A DNA stretch of 20,000 bases from positions 230,121-250,120 of the forward strand of contig JAUGWO010000046.1 in assembly GCA_049724395.1 (NCBI GenBank). The letters run 5' to 3'. Every line of letters starts with the position of its first letter. Within the stretch, counting starts at the first letter, position 1. The notes beneath the pieces are model-generated. The model did not search any database, had not been told where the DNA came from, and worked only from the letters and a program-made list of their open reading frames with translations. Below are positions 11,635-20,000 of this stretch, one piece after another. The translations under genes and the position numbers were made by a program. Source of the DNA: Spongospora subterranea f. sp. subterranea. Taxonomy: Eukaryota.

Positions 11635-11770
11635 AAAGCATTGTAATCCCGGTAGCAGTAAAAGTGACGACAATTGCTACTATGAGACGATTTGCCAGAA
11701 AGTCATTTTTATACATGGATATCGGGAGAAAAATGGATTTTCTTTATAGTCTACAAGTAGAATGTGGATG
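11560..11770 (+). mobile_element. C-terminal remnant of an IS630/Tc1-like DDE transposase
   Basis: FKIHPEYTWIEMFWGA[fs]KKYTRKHCN...TIATMRRFARKSFLYMD resembles the pattern PKFHxELNxIExxWGxxKxYxRxxC...IRRFARKSxRYMDAY of fungal/oomycete DDE transposases (recalled pattern, not searched). Confidence 0.7.
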
Positions 11771-12209
11771 TATTGAATTGGGTTCGTATGAGCTCACTAC
11801 GAACTCACTCAGTTTTTTCATGGTACGAAATCAAGCAATATTTGTTGGTAATAATGACAGGTACAGACGATACGAAAGTGGCAACTAGACCCATTGTCTT
11901 GGCCGAAGTTTCTGGTACATCAGAGCCAATCGAGACAGCGAAAACGTACATATGATCAATCAAGCGAAACTGAGGGATCCCCTGGCCAAAATTGCCTAGC
12001 GGTTGACTGCAGTATCATGACAGATTTATTTGATATCGAAGGGCAGCGACATTTTTTGCTGAGGCGACATCCACTGCAAACAAGTATTGTTAATTTGATA
12101 TGAATTGGATTGATAGAATCCATTAGTGGCATCGGTCAATATTCGATGCACAATTCTATTGTTGCCGCGCCCTATTTTCGTGCACAGCTCGCGCATGTCG
12201 GCAATGCTC

Positions 12210-12371
12210 CTCTCGTGCCGACGACCTGCACAGAAATGCCCACAGATATATTTTTTGTTCTTTCTTCTTGGCAGGCAGGCAACTTCGCCTTTATTGTTTC
12301 CGCCGTTTGGACGGGAGTTTACAGAAAAATATCCCATGGCCATTTTTCTGTGCAGGTCGTCGGCACGAGAG
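12210..12371. repeat. 162-bp inverted repeat / MITE-like foldback
   Basis: CTCTCGTGCCGACGACCTGCACAGAAA (12210-12236) is the perfect reverse complement of 12345-12371, and pairing extends imperfectly to ~50 bp per arm. No clear TSD. Confidence 0.85.
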
Positions 12372-13731
12372 CAGTACAACAGACTCCCTATTTCCATGAG
12401 ATTCAGGGGCAATTCTATCAAAGTTGCTTTGGCAAAACCCTATCAAAAAGTGGTCCCAGACCAGGAAAGTGATACGCGTTTCTCCATCTACAGTCAATGA
12501 AATATTGACCGTTCCACCTGTTGTCTCAGAACCATCGTCACGACGAGTGTCGGGATCAGCGTATTCAGGTGGATTAGGGTCGGCGAAACATGAGAGCATT
12601 GCCGACGGGTTGGTCTGACTTTTCGTTCGACGACGATGAACAGTGTTCGCAATGTCTCGATTGGCTCGAAGATACCAGATGTGCGAGATCGGGTATGTCG
12701 TCCGTTGATACTCCGCCAATGAATGCCATCGTAGGACTGGTCTCGTCATCCGATCGTGATACAAAGGTCGGCCGCGCACGAACATGGGGCCTGAAAAGTG
12801 GGTTCTGTGGTTGATAGAATATATCAAAGCGGCCAGGAAGAACTCCTTATCCCAGACAAGAATGTTTCGAACCGACTTTTGGATCATCTGTGAAGCGTCA
12901 CTATCGCCTACCGGACACCCGACGTGTAGCAGTACGGGGATGCGAAATGATGTTTCGGGAAATTCCTCGCCGATTACGGTGAGGTCTTCGCTGAAAAAGG
13001 GCTGTGATCGAAACGCCTCAATAGGTTTGTCGGATATGTGCTCTTCTGTGGCCCTCCATTTCACATGGCGCGTTCTGAATTGGTATACGCAGATAACACA
13101 ATTGCCTCTCAATCATCCGGACTTCGATGCGGATGCCGAGTCGGTTGCGACCGCACTGACTTATTTGTCCTTCGCGTGCTTGACACCAGAGGTTCCAGAT
13201 TGTGATGAGCGATGCCACCTATGCTTTAGAAGAGCATGTGCCACTTGATAACAGTAATCGAGACCTCGACATTCGAATCAGAAGAGAAAGGCGGTCCACT
13301 TGATGATAGTAATTGCGACGATGGAGATTCAATACAAGAGGAATAGAGCGATCCATTTGATGATACGTAGTGCCTCATGGCGCCATCAATGAAACATGAT
13401 AAACCACAGCAGTCAATATTTGAACGACTGACGGGAGACGTCAGTGGACTAATTGGGAAATACTCCGTGATGCAAAATTTCCCTGTGTTTTCGCTATCCC
13501 TGTGACTTTATCATTTCCAAAATCGAACGCTGAAAAATCGTTTAAACGCCCGAGCGACAATATAATTGTCTGATTGACTATTGACAAAAATGATTCTTCT
13601 GGATTTTCGCAGGGCTTTCCAACGATGTTTAAATGTGAGTAAATGAGAAATAATCCTATAACCCTTGTGAAACTACCCTAAGCCCATCAGGTTTATTTGT
13701 TTGTTTGACTTCATCTACCTTGTTTGTTGAG

Positions 13732-16007
13732 TCAATGAAGGGTCAACCCGTATTTCTTGGAATGACCGAGATTATATTGACAGATAAGAGATTCATTTCT
13801 GCCTGTTCCAGGACAGCATTGGCGACTGAACCTGGTGTAGGATACTGATTCTCCCCATCTCCGTACAAATTCCTCAACACTTCCAGCGCAATGGCGATGT
13901 AAACAATTGTTGACAGGACGAAGGCATCCTCTGATTAAAGAAGTTAAAGCTGGATCAGGCGATTTCATTGATGTTGTCTTCGCAATCACGAACTGATCAT
14001 ATTTTTCAAGAATTTCGGAAGCCGCTGGGAGGAGGTCTCGGGTTGATTTACCGCGAAGAGTATGTCTTGCTTGAATATCAAATGGTCGTTTGTCCGATCC
14101 GCAATCAAAGGACTCTAAGCCCCTACAATTCCGCATGCTGAATCTGGCATGCCCGAATTGAGGGCCCCATTTTCGAATCCACTCATTTGTATTTTGGCCA
14201 CAGTGATGAACAAAGCACCCCCAGATAGGTTTCGGAGACCGGCTATGATATGATCGAAGAAGATTTTGAGCCACGGTGCCACTTGATCGGTATTTCTCGT
14301 TGAATTCCCAACACATTTTGAGTTTTTCTTCTGCAGTTCTTGACGCTGAAATAGCATGAATAAGAGCTTTGAGATCCAATATACCGGAGTCTTTGCCTCT
14401 AAAAGCGCAAATGTTCATCAGTGTTTTTAAACAAATGCGAATGGTTACCTGTAGTCAGGGTTTCTGACGATTTTCGTCAGCTGAAAACCGCAGGTGTTAT
14501 AATTTGATCCACGACCAGGGCAGCATTTGTATCCAAATTGATGGTGCTTGAAATGCGTTCCCCAACGTGTCTGGAACAGGTCCATGTCTTTGCCACAACA
14601 TTTCACAAGACATTGAAGGACGGGGATACAGATGCGCTTGAGACAACAAATCACATTATGACTTATACTGCAAAACGATCTTCTGCAAGAGACCAGTTTC
14701 AAAACAAAGATTCGAAATTAGGATCAATTTTTGCAGGGTGCCGGTTGCCTTGCAAATTTGCCTATTTTCAGGAAACTCGATATATTTTTGTTCGACCTCA
14801 ACGGTATACCGCCCCGACTTTCCGAGCGACAATAGTTCCATCATGTGTTCCGTTATGGCGACACTGTCGTGAAAATCGACTTGTTCTGGATTCGTCTCCT
14901 TTCCCTAATCAGACGATACCGTCGTTTGTGATCATCAAATTCCAGACAGATCGGGGAACCGGAGATCTGACCAGAAACACACAGAGGCTATCGTAGTCTT
15001 TGACCTCATCCAGGTCCCAGTTTAGGCGCCGACAGATCATTCTCAATCCCACCAAATACTTGGCATTACGAAACTGAACCATTTTGTGAGTATGCTCCGG
15101 AAATCCATCCTTGCCTAAGCACATATCGGCAATCGCTTACTGGCACGTATTTTTCACGAACGTCAACAGGCTGGTTTTTTGAATTAATAGTATTTTCGAT
15201 GCGGCAATCGAAAGTGGTGCCCTCTACTCTTTCAGTTGACTGTTGACCATCAGTACTGATACGGGATGCATCACGGTTTGAACTCGTGCTCGGGTTACAA
15301 TCCTAAGAAAAACTTAGCAAATCCAAACACAATTTGGACATGGACTGAACGACTAAGTTTCTGGAAGAACTGTCACGAAACTGGTGGGCGTTTCTGTTAG
15401 CGGGCACGAGATTCTCGAGAAAGTCTTTTGGCGACAAAATTTCTGAATCAATAGGAATTCGGTTTAGATCGATAAGGCTATTGAGGCTCTCGCGCTCTTG
15501 GCTCAACGGTTGAGAACCGATACTGATCTGGGACGCGTCAATTTTCGAACCCGGGCTCGAGTGCAATTCCTAAAAAACCCATAACAACCGAATCTCTATT
15601 TGAAGATGAACTGAGCGAATACATTCATCGAAGAACTTTTCCCAAACTGGTCGACACGATTGATTTTGGAAAAATCGAACGAATTGCTTTGCAGCGAAGT
15701 TGACTCCAATGTCGAATATTCGAATATCGGATCGTGTAAATCTTGGGTCTTGTCATGGGGCATTGCCCACTCCTGCGACGGCGACATGGTGTCCTGCAAG
15801 GACCAATGATCTCAGAATTTGGCAATTCTTTGAAGCGGCATTCCCATTCCGTCACCATACCGTGGAGGTCGAGGAGATGATTTTTGTGGCGGCATCGGCC
15901 TGACCTGAGCCAAGCGGTTCGCCCCAACCATGCCCAGCTTTAATTGTCACAGATCGAGTCGGTCTGGTCGCCACCAGCAGCAATCCCAACAAGTTGAGGA
16001 CATGCAT
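13732..16007 (-). CDS. Hypothetical secreted protein (~660 aa) with three C-terminal Cys/His/Trp modules; two frameshifts (pseudogene or assembly indels)
   Basis: Exons 16007-15861, 15793-15623, 15569-15354, 15302-14972, 14904-14449 and 14398-13732, with five 50-67 nt GT-AG introns whose phases agree. N-terminus MHVLNLLGLLLVATRPTRS, Ser-rich linker, three modules PxxxCxxxxCxxxxxx(F/W)xxxWG....F....CxG. Frame breaks near 15070-15130 and 14660-14720. Confidence 0.7.
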
Positions 16008-16921
16008 TGGAGGAATGGCGCAACAGTAGCGAGGTTCGCCAACGGGGCAAGGATGAGTTCAGAGTCAATGATGAGACGAACGGTTCTAGGTGTCATACAC
16101 CAGGGTTCAGATACCAGATTCTCCTCTCCCATCCATTCAACTTTGCTGCTGTTGTTTAGTTCTGCATTTGATACGTGCGTGTTCTACTACATGCTGCATA
16201 ACGTTTTGGCTGCTTATCGAAGCCAATGTCGTAGGAGAGAGGGACATTCGACCTGCCATGTCTGGTTTAATCTGTTTATGAGAGCAAATAATGGCAGGTG
16301 TAGTTATCTCGTAACATCTTGTTTCGTTTAAGAACGCCCTTCAATCTTCCTATCCCGGCATCGGAAAGATTCCATGTGGGTCTTGACGAAACCACTTCCT
16401 TGCTACGATTTCGCTAGTCAATTCAGCAATTGACGCTGCTGTCAACAGCAAAGAGATTGGCAAACTCGCGAAACAAGCAATAGAGACATGAGATGAAATT
16501 CAACACAATCCACTCTTATCGTCGTTTGAACTACAATTGAAGATGACAGAAAAATCAAAATCCTGACCAATATATTTATATTGAACGTAGTAAACAAGTG
16601 GATTCGCTGGTATGCTACGTCCCCGCTGGAGGGGAAGGAGGGACGCGAGATGAAACAGAGAGAGAGAGAATGAGAGAGAAATTTACCAATAGAGATTTTT
16701 TGTTTTGTGATTGCGTTCAACACATTTGTGTTAGGTCTGTAGTACCCATATCTACTCTAGGGCCAGATGACGAGCCATCGTCATCTTGTCACAAACTCCC
16801 ATGTTTGTGATAAAGAACCTTCGCTATACGTTACTCAGCAGTCTAAACCCAAAACAATGCCCAGGCCCCGTGGCAGCTGGTCTGGAAAAAAATGTGCGCC
16901 AAACCCTAGGGAAAAATGGTA

Positions 16922-18033
16922 CTCCCTCTGTTCAGAAATAAAGGTCCTGTTTGAAAAAAGTGCGTGGATTTTTTAAGGTTGTTTTATGCGCAACCTCGTA
17001 TCATAGAACTGGATAATGACGCGCGCGTCAAGTGCTTTGCTCTCCCGAAATTTTGAGCCTCGACGCTGATTTCAAACTAAAGTTAGATTAAATGAAAATT
17101 AGGGTTTATGGGAGATTTTTCAGCGGCACCGCCACCTCGTCATTGTTGAACTAGCACCTGACAACATGACTGCACCTGCAGGAGACCTAAGCCGAGCTGG
17201 AGGAGCCATGCCGGCTTTTCCAAAGGAAATAGCCGACGAGCAGCAAACCTCGGAATTCGTATCCTGAGAAGTTCGCTGATAGAAAAGGACAACAGAACCT
17301 CACTGACGACCAGAGTCGTGTAATATACGAATATGTCTTGAGGATGAGTGATTCAGGAAAGTTCGTTCTTGGTTCAATTGCCTCAGCAAGCAGTCAATTT
17401 GCCGTTTCAGGCAGAACTGTGAGTAGGATTTGGGACTTCTGCCGTCCTGTGTTGTTCACACAAACGAGGAAAGGTTGGACCAAAGAAAAAAGTCGTTGAT
17501 CCTGAAAAAGTCAAACAGATTCCTCTACAACAGCGAAAATCGATGATCTTGTGAAGGCTGTCAAAATCTCGTTTGATAGCATGGAGAAAGATAAGCTTAA
17601 AGACATGTTTTTAACTCTCCAGCAATGCAGTATGGAGATCATGAAGGTCACTTTTAACTCTCCAGCAATGCATGATGAAAAATGAAGGTCAAGGGGGGCA
17701 ACAATTATAAGATGCCTCACATAAGCAAGGAACGGCTCAGGCGCCAAGGTGATTCCAGACAATTTACCCTGCGACATTGCAGTTTTGCATCAAGCAAAGC
17801 AGGATGCACAGAGTCGTGATGAATAAAAAATTCTTCAATGGACCGGTTCTTCAAACTTTTTTTTAAACCTTGAAAGCGTCAACAAGTTCGTCGGCCGCCA
17901 AGGCCATCCAAGGCCATAATTAAGAAGAATTCAATGATGGCCTTGGAAGTTCTGAAGCAGCGAACGCAGGATGCACTGAGCTTTGATTGTGCAGAACCAT
18001 CAACGAGACCTTTATTTGCGAACGGAGGCGTCG
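16922..18033 (+). mobile_element. Internally deleted mariner-like DNA transposon with Stowaway-type TIRs and TA target duplication
   Basis: Left TA|CTCCCTCTGTTCAGAAATAAAGGTC (16920-16946); degenerate right TIR GACCTTTATTTGCGAACGGAGGCGTCG|TA (18007-18035). Internal remnants: N-terminal HTH RKGQQNLTDDQSRVIYEYVL...FAVSGRTVSRIW (~17281-17435) and C-terminal IDDLVKAVKISFD...MFLTLQQC...GGNNYKMPHISKERLRRQG (~17540-17780). Catalytic core absent. Confidence 0.88.
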
Positions 18034-18228
18034 TATTGCGGATACGGAAAAAAAATCAAGCCTTCAGTCCATGGGAAAAAATTCCGTCTATTGTAATTCC
18101 ATGGTTTTCCCGCGTACAGTACACGCGGATTGCGCTGTTTTACGGGACCAGGCGACGTACAGTATTCCGGTTTTGTAACCTCAACGCTCTCCCAATACGC
18201 GTACTGTATTACCGCACTTTATTTTTTT

Positions 18229-18700
18229 CCAGTGAGGTTGGGACGACCCGACTTACTGGTAGTGTGAGGTTGGGATGACCTGACTCACTGGTAGTGTGAG
18301 GTTGGGATGACCTGACTCACTGGTAGTGTGAGGTTGGGATGACCCGACTCACTGGTAGTGTGACTCGACTAGCTGGTAGTGTAGAGGTTGGGATGACCCG
18401 ACTCACTGGTAGTGTGAGGTTGGGATGACCCGACTCACTGGTAGTGTGAGGTTGGGATGACCCGACTCACTGGTAGTGTGAGAGGTTGGGATGACCCGAC
18501 TCACTGGTAGTGTGAGGTTGGGATGACCCGACTCACTGGTAGTGTGAGGTTGGGATGACCCGACTCACTGGTAGTGTGAGGTTGGGATGACCCGACTCAC
18601 TGGTAGTGTGAGAGGTTGGGATGACCCGACTCACTGGTAGTGTGAGAGGTTGGGATAACCCGACTCACTGGTGTTGTGAGGTTGGGTTGACCCGACTCAC
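18229..18700. repeat. Minisatellite, 32-bp palindromic unit, ~15 copies
   Basis: Unit GTGTGAGGTTGGGATGACCCGACTCACTGGTA, head-to-tail with no spacers; one truncated copy at ~18360 and some +AG variants. Confidence 0.97.
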
Positions 18701-19201
18701 CCCAAAACCCTTTGGGCCGGAACACCATTGCTGCAGAACATGTCGCCTTCATCGCAAATTAGCTGATTGTTTATGGAGGGATTCTCCTCTGAGATTTTTC
18801 AAGAGGTTGTCTCCTCTTGTACTGTTCTTGCCATCAAATAAAACATCTTCATCGTCTTGCTTTGTTCAGAATTCGATTCATCTCTGCCGGATTTGTCCAC
18901 AGTGCTGTCTCGAAATCTGTCCCTAATTTGTCAAATTGTCTCTGCTGTGCTGTAACTTGCACTGTAGGGCTGCGTCCTGAACTTGATTGTTTAGGATATT
19001 CCGCATATCCCCATTGTCAAGAACGCGACGTCGCCTTTCGTCCATGGACACTTACTTGCATATAGGCAGTTGCTGTACGCCAATAACTATCGAAGATGGG
19101 TATTTCGACTTTGGAAATTCAGGCTTGCTGCTACAATAAGATGTGCAGCGTATCTCCAGTATATAAATGATTCTGGCTTTGTTTGTTATTAGTTTTTTTG
19201 T

Positions 19202-19931
19202 TTATGATATTTGCTCTAGTGCGCCTTGTCGAATAAGCAATTCCACATCGCGCCGGCGAACCAAATGTGTGGAATGTTCGTTGAGAGTGATTGGCCCACA
19301 ATCAGTTTGAATCGTCCCGCATGGGCGGAGTACTTAACCTCAATAAACAATGAGGTTGGCGGTTCTTGATCTAAATTAATGTCGACGTCCATGACGTTTT
19401 GATATATCCTCATCAATCGGCCGTATTCATCAAAAAATTGGAGCTCATTCGAGCTGAGATTTTGCCTAATTTCATTCGGAAGAACCCCGCCTTGATCCCA
19501 CCATAACTGTTTTACCAGATTAACGCGATGATTCCTAAAGATAATATCAACAAAAGAGAGGGTCCAATATAAATCGAACTAACAGATATGCTAAAATGCA
19601 TCGCTTATTATATAGAACACTTTGCCAATGGACAATTAGACCACACGCTATCTGAGCTTCTGAAACTTCAAAATTCTGAGCCCTGTTTGCAAAAATTCAT
19701 TCAATTTAAAAATAAAATTGAAATGGATACTCACTCGAGGCTTTTCTCGATCATATTTACTAATATTTCAATCTCCTTTGCGACACGTTTGATTACTTCT
19801 TCCTGAATCCGGTTGAACATCAGTTAGAATACGCTACTAAATTCTGATGGACGATCTCAAACACGATATGCAGGAAGCCATCGGGCTCTATGAAGTTCCT
19901 TTACCAAATCTAACGCCTCGTCGCCATACAT
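19202..19931 (-). CDS. GINS1: DNA replication complex GINS subunit Psf1 (one apparent 1-nt deletion at ~19334)
   Basis: Exons 19931-19863, 19802-19735, 19682-19584 and 19534-19202 give MYGDEALDLVKELHRARWLPAYREEVIKRV...YNKRCILAYLNHRV..LWWDQGGVLP...LSSNELQFFDEY...DQEPPTSLFIEV[fs]VLRPCGTIQTDCGPITLNEHSTHLVRRRDVELLIRQGALEQIS*, matching Psf1 along its full length. Confidence 0.93.
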
Positions 19932-20000
19932 TCCTACGAATGACGCCGCGCCAAATTTGTAGTCTGAAGTCCTATCGACTTATAAAATCTGAAACTGCGG

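Noticed and set aside
12630..12690. RING finger suggested by DDDEQCSQCLDWLED
   Set aside because: The remaining Cys/His ligands are not found in any frame I could splice.
12291..13112. 273-aa minus-strand ORF, the longest in the track
   Set aside because: Non-ATG start, no motifs, and it runs through an inverted-repeat arm; probably spurious.
16901..17114. Telomere-like AAACCCTA / TTAGGGTTTA motifs
   Set aside because: Single isolated copies, not tandem.
18229..18700. CRISPR array (32-bp palindromic repeat)
   Set aside because: No spacers between repeats and no cas genes.
18720..19045. Possible degenerate pogo/CENP-B-like HTH remnant on the minus strand (MDERRRRVLDNGDMRNIL...)
   Set aside because: The resemblance is weak and needs several frameshifts and stops; not supportable without a profile search.
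19588..19806. Plus-strand 72-aa ORF
   Set aside because: Antisense to Psf1 exons and an intron.

Overview
Eukaryotic genomic DNA, gene-dense, with short (mostly about 45-70 nt) GT-AG introns. It probably comes from a protist; a plasmodiophorid/oomycete-like parasite is a guess, not a determination. Splicing by hand gave four recognisable genes: the 5' end of eIF2-gamma (minus), a TTLL tubulin ligase-like gene (plus), a POT/PTR peptide transporter (minus) and GINS subunit Psf1 (minus, one frameshift). It also gave two unrecognised genes with signal-peptide-like N-termini: a 114-aa helical protein, and a ~660-aa protein with three copies of an unrecognised Cys/His/Trp module and two frameshifts. 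Repeats and mobile DNA comprise a 2.8-kb 74-bp minisatellite, a 32-bp hairpin minisatellite, a copia-RT/transposase chimera partly duplicated as a foldback, a 162-bp inverted repeat, and an internally deleted mariner element with Stowaway-type TIRs. Best leads are the triple-module secreted protein and an RVxF-type PP1-docking motif in the eIF2-gamma N-terminal extension. No CRISPR array or prokaryotic system is supported.
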